A DNA stretch of 50,148 nucleotides. Source: Basidiobolus meristosporus CBS 931.73 (Eukaryota > Fungi > Basidiobolomycota). Made by a program: the position numbers and the translations under genes. The stretch covers positions 1-50,148 of the forward strand of contig MCFE01000644.1 of the NCBI GenBank assembly GCA_002104905.1, written 5' to 3'. The notes beneath the pieces are model-generated. The model had not been told where the DNA came from. It saw only the letters and a list, made by a program, of their open reading frames with translations, and ran no database searches. This document shows, piece after piece, positions 24,386 through 37,230 of the stretch. Numbering within the stretch: the first letter of the stretch is position 1; every line of letters begins with the position of its first letter.

Positions 24386-25599
24386 CTCTTGGAGCTCTGC
24401 GTTCACTGGATTGAAAGGGTTGGAGCTCCCACAGCCACCAGATGACGCGCGATAACTCAGCCATTGATGTGCCAGAACCACCAATTGCTACGCTTATACA
24501 CCGCATCCACGAAACGCTCCAGTCACACTGCCTGGATCTTGGCTAGAGAACGCACCCGACAAGCCCTGACCATCTATGCACCAGTCTTTTCCGAGGGATA
24601 AGTTGCGGATCCATGGATTTCCAAGATGGAATGTTTGGTAGCCGTTCATAACGTGATCCGTGTTCTAAATAAACCTAAGCATGTTGAGTCATCAGGCGTG
24701 GCTGACGTGCCAATCTAGATCTTACGGGGTTGAGATGGAGCAACCGGATTCCAGAAGAAGGGGCGTAGTATCGATGGGAACCTCGGGAGGTTTTGGAGTA
24801 ACTAACACTACACCCACCGCCACAATGCTGAGGTGTCAACCCATCTCCAGCGATATCTAGGGCTTGGTCCTCAATACCAACTGTATCATGTGTGTGGCTG
24901 CAGGAATGCCAGTTGTTGCAAGCACTGGACAAGTCTCTGACCGTATAGATGCTAATTACTTCATTCAGTGCCCTGTTTATGTACCTGCTGCTGACATATC
25001 ACTAGACATCTAACCATATTTGGTCAGCCAAAAGTGATCGGCACTGGAGGATGTATATATGTTATTTCTCCAAAACCTAGAGCGCAATATATCGTCCGGT
25101 TAGTGACGCACGGGTTAATAAGAGATTATTAATGTCATGAACAGCCGAAGTTGGTTGTGTTTCCGTGCCACGCTTGCCATATCTAGAAATTCCATCCAGT
25201 GCGGGTAGCCGCCGATGAAGTTCTGTCTTGGGTTTCCCCAGTGCTGAGGGGAGTGACCGCGCAGTATACGGATTACTAGTGGAGGCAACAAACACGACCG
25301 AAGACTTCAAGTTGCCCCAAATTTCTACACGGTAAACATGGCCATCTCAATATTTGGGCCAATATGGATTACGGTAGTGTGATTGGAATGAAGAATTGAG
25401 AGTCGCACTTTCTTCCCAAGCCCCCTGACCAATTGGCAATACTCTCCATGGTCCGAAACCATGGGTGATATACTTGTTCTACTAAATGATTGCCATGACT
25501 ACAGCTTAGTTATGCTTCGCTAAGCATAATGGAAATATATCTGTATTAAGAAATTCCCCATGACGCATCAAGTAGAAATTCCCTGGTTGCGGTATCTGT

Positions 25600-26400
25600 T
25601 GAGCTGAGTTATAGTGCCATGGCATTTCCAAGAGCCTGGTCAAAGTGATAATGGGGTTGCCAGGAGAAACCTTCTGATAATATGTAGAGTATGCTGAAGC
25701 ATCTGCAGATTTTGGTAGCTTGTTGGCTCTTCTAATTGAGAGATCTAGCCAATCAAATTGCTTGGTAGAAATAAAGTCAACAACTTTGCAATCAGCCTAG
25801 AAGAAGCCAATGCTGTTTTGAAAGAAGCTATTAAACCCAGCCAAAGGGCAGCCAAACCACTCACATGTATACTCAGAAGCTTTATAAGTTACAATGTATC
25901 TGTTACAAAATGAAGTGCAGGAAGTCATCAAAACATTGAAACTCAGTATATTAAGCTTAATATGCATACTCCACTATGCAGGTATAGGATATCCATTCTA
26001 GCCTGGGGAACACAGGCTGAACAAACAATGCTTAGAGTGGGCAATAGCCACTTGGCCTAGCTAGGCCTACAAAGATAGTAAGGAGTAGAAAGCACTTGCT
26101 AACTTGGTGCTTTAGCCAAGAAAAGATACAATCTGCTTGTGTTTTACTGATGTGATCATTGTTATTTTTCTGGCCAATTTTGATACATTATATTCCACAA
26201 TCTGTCAATAGCTTTTAGATTGTAGAGGTTGTCTAGCTTTGGTGCTAGCCAAAATACCCCAAATGTGCGGATTGGCCAAACAAGTGTCTGCAATATAAAG
26301 AGACTTGTGATGTAGAGCAACAGGATTACTTGATCCATAAGCAAGCATGTCTAGTAAGCTAAGCATTAGATGTAAGTATGGTGCCAACTGATTCTGCTGT
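25600..26400 (-). mobile_element. Decayed LINE-like RT C-terminal remnant
   Basis: LYITSLFILQTLVWPIRTFGVFWLAPKLDNL resembles the LINE motif LYKTLVRPILTYG..W. The region is CpG-free. Confidence 0.3.
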
Positions 26401-27816
26401 CAATTCCAGGGAATAGTGTGTTGTGAAAATTCATAATTGTACTTCAATATGAGAAATTCCAGTAAGAGCAGTAGTAGGCATTGCAGAGAGTGACAGCTTG
26501 GGTGCCACATAACACTGCTAGATTGTAAGAGTCTTGGAGATACTTGGAAGTGATTTGGAGAAGCAAGTGGATTATGTGGTTTTCACTTGATGATTTATTG
26601 AATGTAAAAGTAGTATTTATACTTTTACATGGTCTTGGCATTACAAACACATAGAATAGGCTAAGGAAGGTCCCAAGAACATGTGTGCAAAGTTTGGGGC
26701 TGTTTGGACAACTTATCTAATTTTCATGTTCTGTGGTGAAATATTCTAAGTAAATCCCAACAAGGAATTTGGTTAGTATTCTCTAGGATTTGAAGGTAAT
26801 GATCTAAGTGACTAAGTTAGGTGAATATTTAGGTGGAAATACAAATTTTTACAACACTCCCACTCAGCTAAATGTTCATACTGACTAGTCCTAATTTTGA
26901 CCTAAGATATTCAAACTTGTCTCTAGCTAATGGTTTGGTGAATATGTGTGCAACCATTTCATCTGAGGGACAGTAAACTTTGCTAACTAAGTTATTCTGC
27001 TATAGCTTCAATTATGAAATGATGTCTAATATCTATGTGCTTAGTTCTAGCATGAAAAATTGGATATCTATCTTGTTGTATATCTCCTGAATTATCTTGA
27101 AATAAGGTAATAGACAGTTTTTGACATAGGCATAAATCTGTAAAAAGCTTTCTTAACCTTATTACTTCTTTTGTAGCCTCACTGGCTGCAATATACTCCG
27201 CTTCTATGATAGAAAGTGCTACAGTTGGTTGCTTTCTTAAATTTCATGAAATTGCTCCTTTACAGTAAAGAAAGGTGTATCCTGAGGTGGATCTTCTGTC
27301 TTCCAAATTTTGTCCACAATCAGCATCAGAGCATCCCACTAGATCCTGTTCTGAATCCTCATAAGTGTATCTTGAGCAGATATCAGCAGTTCCTTTTAAG
27401 TATCTAAAAATCTGCTTAACTGCTGCAATATGATCAGATCCATAGTTCTTGTTATGTTGGCTGACAGCTCTCTCTGAATATGAGATATCTGGACATGTTT
27501 CAAGCATGCTCTCTATCAGACTGCCAACCATAGATTGATAAGGAAAGTTAGGGCTTTCAGATGACACCAAGCTCTCTTGTTTTGGTTGAGTTTTGACCAA
27601 GTTAAGGTTTGTCTCCATTGGGGTAGCTGTTGGTTTACAGTCTTCCATTTTGTACTTCTTTAGTATATCTTGAATATACTTGGATTGGCTTAGGGTGATA
27701 GTCTGGGTACTTCTGTCTATGGAGAACTTAATCCCTAAGTAGTAACTGAGTTCTCCTTGATTGGACATCTTGAACTCCTTAGATAGGCGGGATTTAGTCA
27801 CTTCCAATGTTGCTAG

Positions 27817-28164
27817 TGTTGTAAAAATTTGTAATTCCACCTAAATATTCACCTAACTTAGTCACTTAGATCATTACCCTCAAATCCTAGAGAATACTGA
27901 CCAAATTCCTTGTTGGGATTTACTTAGAATATTTTCACCAAAATGCCAGGTACCCAGAACATGAAAATACTCAAAGTTGTCCAAACAGCCCCAAGCTTTG
28001 CACACATGTTCTTGGGACCATCCTTAACCTATTCTATGTGTTTGTTATGCCAAGATCATGTAAAGTATAAGTACTACTTTTACATTCAATAAATCATTAA
28101 GTGAAAACCACATAATCTACTTGTCCTCCCAATCACTTCCAATATCTCCAAGACTCTTACAACA
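27817..28164 (+). repeat. 5' LTR
   Basis: TGTTGTAAAAA...CTTACAACA followed by PBS GGTTTTGAGCCCC at 28165-28177. Confidence 0.95.
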
Positions 28165-28195
28165 GGTTTTGAGCCCCAAACTGTCACTCTATGCA

Positions 28196-31100
28196 ATGTC
28201 TACTACTGCTATTACTGAAATTTTTCCCTCTGCTGAAAAGTTGAATGGATCTAACTACCAAGTGTGGAAGGTGAAGATGAAGATGCTGCTACAAGAAAGA
28301 GGCCTTTGGGATATTGTCAAGGGAGAAGAATACCCTCCTAAAAACATGGGAGGGGAAGCCTTGAAGTACCAGAAGAAAGAACAAAGTGCCTTTAACTGCA
28401 ATTGCCTTAATGTCAAGGACAAATTGCTAATTCAATGCTCAAGAGCAAAAACAGCAAAGAATGCCTGGAAGGCATTAGAAGACACCAACCAGTCATGTTC
28501 AGCTGCTAAGAAGATGTATCTGAGATGAAAATTCCTTACTACAAAGATGCTGCCAGGAGAAGAAATGAAAAGTCTAATTAACAGAATTACCCTGCTGGTA
28601 GATGAGATAGAATCTGTGGGTGTACCAACTACTGATGAGTATGTGATAGTTACCATCCTGAATAGCCTGACAGACAAGTTTCAGGGCCTTGTATCAGCCC
28701 TAGAGTCCAGACCTGAAGATTTAACCTTAAATTACGTATATGGAAGGCTCCTGGATGAAGAATTAAGAAAATCAAGCGCCAATAAGAAGGAAGAAGAAAA
28801 TGCTTTAATAAGCAATGATAACCAACAAAGGAGGTACCCAAGACCCTACAAAGGCAACAGTAGCCTGTTTTGCAACTACTGCAAAAGGGAAGGACACATA
28901 TCAGACCAGTGTCTCAGAAAGAGAGATTATCAGCAAAAGAAGCCTGAATATGGAAATGATGCAACAACTGAAGATAGACTATTCATATCTGCACTAAATA
29001 TGACCACAAACAAGGATTCTCAGATGTGGTAAGCTGACTCTGGAGCTTCCCAACACTTTACACACCAAAAAGACCTTTTTACCCAATATTAAGAAATTCC
29101 AATTAAGAAGGTTTTCATGGGTGTCTATAGAACACTTGATGCAGTGGGAGAAGGAACTATCCAAGTAAACCTTAGAAGCAGTGAAGGAAGCCATACACTG
29201 ACCTTTAAAGAAGTACTCTATGTACCAGAAATTGCCAAGAACCTACTCTCTGTAAGCAAGGCCACAGCAGAAGGACTCAGTTTCAGATTTGACAATTCTG
29301 GATGCAGCATCACTGATCAAAATAGTACCCATATTGCTTTGGGCATCAGAGATCAGAATCAATACAAATTGACTTATATTCCATCATATTTGGAAGCCAA
29401 TATAAGTAACTTAAATGAAGAAACACCAATGCTTTGGCACAGGAGATTTGGGCACATCAATTTTGATTATTTGTGCAAAATGATTAAAGAACAGCTAATT
29501 TCTGGAGTGAGAATTGATCCCCCAGCTAATTTGGAGCACTGTGAAGCCTGCATATATGGGAAACAAGCCAGACAACCATTCAAGAGCTCTGGGTTAATCA
29601 AAACTAAGAAAAAATTAGATCTAATTCACTCAGATCTGTGTGGACCTATGCTAAATTTATCCTTAGGGGGGATGAAGGATTTAAACACTTTTATTGATGA
29701 TTATACAAGATACATGTGGGTCTACTTCATGGAGAGAAAGGAAGAAGCTCTGTCTAAGTTCAGGGAGTTTAAAGCCATGGTGGAGAGAGAAACTGGTGAA
29801 AACATCAAGAAAATACGCTCTGACAATGTTGGAGAATATACCTCAAAACTCTTCATCCACTTCTGCAAAATTCATAGGATAAAGCAAGAGACTACTGTAC
29901 CATACTCCCCACAGCAAGATGGAGTAGCAGAATGTGCTAACAGATCAATAATTGATATGGCAAGATCTATGATCCATGATCAAAAATTATCCTATGATTT
30001 CTGGGTGGTATCAGTTGCCCCTGCTGTATACCTTAAAAATAGGAGTTATAACAGAATACTTTGTGATTCTACTCCATTTGAAGCATGGTATGGATACAGA
30101 CCAAGTGCAGAACATCTAAGAATATTTGGGTGTACAGCATATGCCAAAAAAACTGGCCAGAAATCAGTCAAAATTTGAGCCAAAAAGTGTGAAATGCATA
30201 TTTTTGGGCCACTGCAATGAGAGTAAGGGATACAGACTCTACAATACCAAAGCAAAGAAGCTTATCAAGTCCAGGGAAGTTTTGTTTGATGAAAATTCAA
30301 AATTTTCACAAAAAATGACATCAGCTGATGTTGAAAATTTAATCTCAAGTCTACCAATTGTCAGGATTGAATCAAAGCAAAACAATGAGAACTTTTTCAC
30401 TCCAGAGGACTCTACAACCATGGTTCAGCCAGAATCAGTGCCCAGGAATATCCCAGAAGTAATCATTCCAGTATCAAATGCCCGGAGATCCAATTGGACA
30501 AAAAATAGCCCAAATTACTATATCAATGAGGGTACAAACTTAGCCTATGCCTATTTAGTCCATGTTGATGAGCCCCAGACTGTAAAAGAGGTCCTAAATA
30601 GCCCTCAGACAAAGTTTTGGAGATCTGCAATGACTGAGGAATATCAGGCCCTGATGGAAAATCAAACTTGGGACTTAATCATATTACCAAACAACCAAAA
30701 ATCAATTGGATGCAGATGGGTCTTTAAGACAAGATACAAGGCTGATGGCACAATTGAAAGATACAAAGCAAGACTTGTAGCCAAAGGATACTCTGAAACA
30801 ACAGGACTTGACTATACTGAGACCTTTGCACCGGTAGCCAAGTTTAATTCCATCAGATTAATATTGGCTATTGCAGCCAAATATAAGTTTTTTATTCACC
30901 AAATGGATGTAAAAACTGCATTTTTGAATGGAGAATTTGATCAGGACGTGTATATGAGCCAGCCTGATGGGTTTATTGACCAAGATAACCACCATTTGGT
31001 CTGCAAACTTAAAAAGTCACTATATGGTCTCAAACAATGACCAAGAGCCTTAAATTGCAAGATGGATTCTTATTTGGAATCTTTGAGTTTCAAAAGAAGT

Positions 31101-32140
31101 AATGCTGACTATAGTATATACTATAAGTCATATAGAGCAAATTCAGTTCTCTTAGCTCTATATGTGGATGATCTTATTATAGCTGCCAATAACCTGGAAA
31201 CATTGGAAGAGACTAAATCCAGCCTATCTAAGGAGTTCAAGATGTCCAATCTAGGAGAACTTAGTTACTACTTAGGGATTAAGTTCTCCATAGACAGAAG
31301 TACCCAGACTATCACCCTAAGTCAACCCAAGTATGTTCAAGATATACTAAAGAAGTACCAACTGGAAGACTGTAAACCGGCAGCTACCCCAATGGAGACA
31401 AACCTTATCTTGGTCAAAACTCAACCAAATCAAGAGAGCTTGGTGCCATCTGAAAGCCCTGACTTTCCTTAGCAATCTATGGTCAGCAGTCTGATGTATA
31501 GCATGCTTGGAACACATCCAGATATCACATATTCAGTGGGAGTTGTCAGCCAACATAATCAGAACTATGGATCTGATCATATTGCAGCAGTTAAGCGGAT
31601 TTTTAGATACCTAAAAGGAGTTGCTGATGTCTGCTTAAGATACACTTATAAGGATTCAGAACAGGATCTTGTGGGATACTCTGATGCTGATTGAGGAGAA
31701 AATTTGGAAGACAGAAGATCCACCACAGGATACACCTTTCTTTACTGTAAAGGAGCAATTTCACGGAATTCAAGAAAGCAACCTACCGTAGCACTTTCTG
31801 CCACAGAGGCAGAGTACATGGCAGCCTGTGAAGCTACAAAAGAAGCAATGTGGTTAAGAAACTGTTTACAGATTTAGGCCTATGTCAAAAAATGCCTATT
31901 ACTATATTTCAAGATAATCAAGGATGTATACAATTAGGTAGAAATCCAACCTTTCATGCTAGAACCAAGTACATAGATATTAGACAACATTTCATACATG
32001 AAGCTAGAGAGAATAACTTAGTTAGCTTAGTTTACTGTCCTACAGATGAAATGATTGCAGACATATTTACCAAACCATTAGCTAGAGACAAGTTTGAATA
32101 TCTTGGGTCAAAATTAGGACTGGTCAGTATGAAAATTTAG
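28196..32140 (+). pseudogene. Copia gag-pol polyprotein pseudogene
   Basis: In-frame stops at 28526, 29030, 31038, 31470 and 31692 fall at conserved residues (e.g. W*ADSGAS, DAD*G). Frameshifts near 30170 and 31850. Confidence 0.9.
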
Positions 32141-32151
32141 CTGAGTGGGAG

Positions 32152-32500
32152 TGTTGTAAAAATTTGTAAATCCACCTAAATATTCACCTAACTTAGTCAC
32201 TTAGATCATTACCCTCAAATCCTAGAGAATACTGACCAAATTCCTAGTTGGGATTTACTTAGAATATTTTCACCAAAATACCAGGTACCCAGAACATGAA
32301 AATTCTCAACGTTGTCCAAACTGCCCCAAACTTTGCACACATGTTCTTGGGACCTTTCTTAACCTATTCTACGTGTTTGTAATGCCAAGACCAGGTAAAA
32401 GTATAAGTACTACTTTTACATTCAATAAATCATTAAGTGAAAACCACATAATATACTTGTCCTCCCAATCAATTCCAATATCTCCAAGACTCTTTCAACA
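32152..32500 (+). repeat. 3' LTR
   Basis: Preceded by PPT GAGTGGGAG (32143-32151); about 5% divergent from the 5' LTR by eye. Confidence 0.95.
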
Positions 32501-34681
32501 CCTAGGTTATTGGTGGCTATAATAAGATTATCCACATATAGAGCTAATAGAACTGGATTTGCTCTATCTGACTTATGGTATATACTATAGTCAGCATTAC
32601 TTCTCTTGAAACTCAAAGATTCCAAATAAGAATCTATCTTGCAATTCCAGGCTATTAGTGATTGTTTGAGACTATATAGAGACTTTTTAAGCCTGCAGAC
32701 CAAACAAGGGTTATCTTGGTCAACACACCCATCAGTCTGGTCTGTACACACATCCTCATTAAGTTCTCCATTCAAAAATGCAGCTTTTACATCCATTTGA
32801 TGAATAAAAAACTTACATTTGGATACAATAGCCAACATTAATATAATGAAATTAAACTTGGCTACCAGTGCAAAGGTCTCAGTATTGTCAAGTCTGTTTG
32901 TTTGAGAGTATCCTTTGGCCATAAGTCTTGCTTTATATCTTTCAATTGTACAATCAGCCTTGTATTTTGTCTTAAAGACCCATCTGCATCCAGTTGATAT
33001 TTGGTTGATTGGTAATTTGACCAAGTGCCAGGTTTGATTTTCCATCAGGGCTTAATATTCCTCAGTCATTGCAGATCTCCAAAACTTTGTCTGAGGGCTA
33101 TCTAGGGCCTCTTTTACAGTCTGGGGCTCATCAATATGGACTGAATAGGCATAGGCTAAGTTTGCACCCTCATTAATATATTAATTTGGGCTATTTTTGT
33201 CCAGTTAGTTCTCATGGCATTTGATACTGGAATGATCACTTCTGGGATATTCCCGGGCACTAATTCTGGCAGAACTTCAGTTGTAGAGTCCTCTGGAGTG
33301 AGAAAGTTTTCACTGTTTTGCTCTGATTCAATCCTGACCATTGGTGGACTTGAGATCAAATTTTTGTCATCATCTGATGTAATTTCTGGTGAAAATTTAG
33401 AGTTTTCATCAAACAGCACATTGCAGGACCTGATCAGCTTCTTTGCTTTGGTATTGCAGAGTCTGTGTGCCTTACTCTTATTGAGGTAGCCCCAAAATAT
33501 GCATTTACACTCTTTGGCCCAAATTTTGACTGATTTCCAGCCAGTTTTTTGGCATATGCTGTACACCCAAATATTCTTAGATGTTCTGCATTTGGTCTGT
33601 ATCCATACCACTCTGCAGATGGAGTAGAATCACAAAGTATTCAATTATAACTCCTATTTTTAAGGTATACAGCTGTAGAAACTGATTTTGCCCAATTATC
33701 ATGTGATAATTTTTGATCATGGATCATAGATCTTGCCATATCAGTTATTGATCTGTTCTCTCATTCAACTAGTCCATTTTGCTCTGGGGAGTATGGTACA
33801 GTAGTCTCTTGCTTTATCCCAAGAGTTTTGCAGAAGTGGATGAAGAGTTTTGAGGTATATTCTCCACCATTGTCAGAGTGTATTTTCTTGATTTTTTCAC
33901 CAGTTTCTCTCTCCACCATTGCTTGTGAGGAATATTCAGAGTAGGTGTCTTTTATTATATTTGATTCTTTACCAAGTTTGTTCTTGTACAGGCAAAAATA
34001 CTTTTCTGTCATTGTAACTATTGACCACAGCTGCATTCTTATCAAGTCCCTGCTGGTGGAGTTTACAGTTGTTTTGACTTGGAAGCTTTAGTACATTGAC
34101 ATCTCAAAGGATGCTGGACCCAGCACATACTTTTGTTAAGATGCCAACCAAGTTGGGGATTGTAGCTCAATTGTTTTCCCTTGGCAAGCTTGTGGCTTTA
34201 TACCCCATCACATTAGATTAGAGACAGAACCCAAGCATTACTAGCAAGCTTTTGCCAGAGGTTATTGCACCCAGTGAGCCCCCCCCCCCCACACAAAACA
34301 CTTGAGAAGTGTTGGACATATCTCTCCCTTGGACTTATAAACCACCACAGTGCTTGAGGATTGAATAAACCATTTGTCTTTAACATTAAGGCAAATGCAA
34401 TTAAAGGCACTTTGTTCTTCTTCTGGTACTTTAAGGCTTCCACTCCCGTGTTTCTAGGAGGGCATTCTTCTCCCATGACAATATCCCAAAGGCCTCTTTC
34501 TTGTAGCAGCATCTTCATCTTCATCTTCCACACTCTGTAGTTAGATCCATCCAACTTTTCAGCAGAGGGAAAAATTCCAGTAATAGCAGTAGCAGACATT
34601 GCAGAGTATAACAGCTTGTGGCTCATAACCTGTTGTAAGAGTCTTGGAGATATTGGAAGTGATTGGGAGGACAAGTAGATT

Positions 34682-34820
34682 AGACTTGTTCCGTTGGATA
34701 GTGCCACATTGAGCCATGAGTGCCAAATGATGCCATAGTGTGCCAGAGAGGCCAAGTGAGCCTCTACCTGGCCACAGAGTGTGAAACATAGCTCTGCATC
34801 TTCATGCATAGCAGCCCAAT
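34682..34820. mobile_element. Truncated arm of the PHIS fold-back element, inserted in a copia LTR
   Basis: Starts AGACTTGTTCCGTTGGATAGTGCCAC after ATT; homologous to 47617-47760. Confidence 0.8.
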
Positions 34821-35084
34821 GATCTAAGTGACTAAGTTAGGTGAATATTTAGGTGTAAATGCAAATTTTCACAACAAATATCACTTGTGCTGAGAATCAA
34901 GAAAACATTTGAGCATGTATCTTATTCACCAAGTCATTGTTTGGGGATGATTCTTGCTATATAACAATGGGATACATGGCAATTGATGAAGAATTGATCA
35001 TAATGCATGGAAAATTAGATAAGTCAAGCTAATTGTGCCAACCAAATTCAACTCAGTCTGCTGCCATCATTGATAATTCTAAAT

Positions 35085-35880
35085 ATGATTTACGCATCTG
35101 AATGGTCTTTTTTCACTAAGTCCATCACTACCACTTGATTTCCTTTTGACACATTTGAAGAGATCAATACCAAGTACTGTGGACCATCCACCCCAACCTA
35201 CTAAGGAGATCCCTTGTCAAGCTTCTCTGCTGTTACAAGAACTATTGCCCAACAAGGTTTAATCCCACCATCCACAGTAAGAAAAGTCCTAAATGCTTTC
35301 ATTCCCAGCTGACAGCAATGGAGAACCATCTTTCAGAGGGTAGGAGTGATGTAGAGCAATCTTGAAATGCTAGGCTCAGAGCTCTAATCAACTTTCATAT
35401 CTCTGAATGTTCAGCAACAGGTTCTGTGTCAGTAGTATTTTGAGAACCATTTCAGTGAGGATTAACAAACCATCTAGAGTGCAAAAACACTTTTATTCTT
35501 CAAATACAAGGCAAACTGTCTGAAGTCTTGGGCACTCTCTGAGATTGATGGGAATATCATCTGGTTTAGTGGGCCAAATGCTGGAAGTGGTATGAAAAGT
35601 ACTCTGGGTAGAGAACCACACAGAATCCGGTAGAGGGAAGAAATGTATGGCACATCTAGCCAATAAAGGAAAGGATTGTCAGAGGGCAGGATATTTTACA
35701 GCTTGCAGAAAGCCAAGCAATGGGGTACTTAGCAGGAAACAGACACTATGCAGTGAGATATTTAATCATTTCACAGTGAGAGCTGAGCATTCATTTGCGT
35801 ATTTACAGAGAATTAACATATTGGCAGGTAAATACAGATTAATGACATATGTACTTATTGTAGATACTTATATAGACTTC
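35085..35880 (+). pseudogene. Decayed copy of the PHIS DDE transposase
   Basis: Colinear with 40304-41110, including upstream sequence from ~34930. Many stops; truncated against copia pol. Confidence 0.85.
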
Positions 35881-37230
35881 CCAATATGATGGAATATAAG
35901 TCACTAGTATAGATTCTGATCTCTGATACCTAAAGCAATATGAGCACCATTTTTATCTGTGATCCAGAATCCAGAACTGTCAAGGCTGAAACTCAGTCCT
36001 TCTGCATTGGCCTTGGCTATTTCTGGCTCATAGAGTACTTCTTTGAAGTAAATGCATGGCTTCCTTCACTGCTTCAAAGGTTTACTTGGTTAGTTCCTTC
36101 TTGCACTGCATCAATTGGTTCATTTTCACACATGAGAACTAATTTGATTGGAGTTTCTTAGTATTGGGTCAAGAGTTTTGTTTGATGTGAGCGGAGTTGA
36201 GATGCTCCAGAACCAATATACCAAATCTGAGAATCTTTGCTTATGGACATATTTAGTGCAGGTATGAATAGTCTATCTTCAGTTGTTGCAACATTTCAAT
36301 ATTCAGGCTTTTTCTGCCAACTATCTCTATTTTAAAGCACCTTTTTGATGTGTGTCCTGTCCTTATGCAGTAGTTAGAGAACAGGTTGCTATTGCCTTTA
36401 AAGGGGTCTGAGTACATCCTCTGTTGGCTAGTTTTGCTTATCAAAGCATTTTGCTCTTCCTTCTTACTGGCACCTGATTTACGTAATTCTTCATCAAGGG
36501 GCCTTCCATATATATAATAAGAGGTCAAATCTTCAGTTAGGACCTGTAGAGCTGATACAAGACCCTGAAACCTGTCTGTCAAGCTATCAGGACGCTGTCT
36601 ATCACATCTTTAGCAATAGTTGGTATGCCCAAAAATTTCATCTCATCATCCAACAGGTTAATCTGCTAATAGATTTTTCATCACATCTTCTGGCTACTGC
36701 AAAAAATTATAATACCACCTAAGTATTCACCTACTTAGTCACTTAGATCATTACCTTCAAATCCTAGAGAACACAGACCAGATTCCTGTTGGGACTTACT
36801 TAGAATATATTCATCAAAATACCAGGTACCCAGAGCATGAAAATACTCAAAGTTGTCCAAACAGCCCCAAGCTTTGCACACATGTTCTTGGGACCTTCCT
36901 TAACCTATTCTACATGTTTGTAATGCTAAGACCATGTCAAAGTATAAATGCTACTTTTACATTGAATAAATCATTAAGTGAAAACTGCATAATATACTTG
37001 TTCCCCTAATTGCTTCCAATGTCTCCAAGACTCTTACAGCACTGGCAGCATATTTATGGTAAAGAATTGACCTCTGACATACATTTTCTGAGCAGCAATG
37101 CCTTCCAGGTATTCTTTGCTGTTTTTACACTTGAACATTAAATTTGCAATTTATCTACATCTTTAGGACAAATGTAGCTGAAGGTACTTTGTACTTCCTT
37201 CAAGTTCTTAAAGGCTTCCTGTTGTGCATC
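35880..37230 (-). mobile_element. Copia gag/PR fragment
   Basis: Reverse-complement homology to 28350-29400. Confidence 0.8.
36695..37041 (+). repeat. Solo copia LTR with a perfect 5-bp TSD
   Basis: CTGGC at both 36690-36694 and 37042-37046; sits inside copia gag. Confidence 0.9.

Larger units (their letters stand above)
27817..32500 (+). mobile_element. Full-length Ty1/copia LTR retrotransposon (4684 bp), pseudogenised
   Basis: Two ~348-bp TG..CA LTRs, PBS, PPT; TSD GCTAG/CCTAG (4 of 5). Domain order gag-CCHC-PR(DSGAS)-IN(HSDLCGP..FIDD)-RT(QMDV, YVDD)-RH. Confidence 0.95.
26521..34876 (-). mobile_element. Older Ty1/copia element, split by the younger copy at 27817-32500 and internally deleted
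   Basis: 3' LTR 26521-26856 with PPT at 26857-26865; RT/RNaseH 26870-27816 and 32501-33100; integrase to ~34000; gag start and PBS 34380-34630; broken 5' LTR 34631-34876. Confidence 0.8.

Noticed and set aside
29030-29032. Stop codon near the gag/pol boundary as programmed read-through
   Set aside because: The TAA replaces the conserved residue in W-x-x-DSGAS, and several other stops occur in the same frame, so this is ordinary decay.
34030-34380. Non-copia insert with a poly-C run inside the older copia
   Set aside because: No termini, TSD or coding signal identified; left unassigned.
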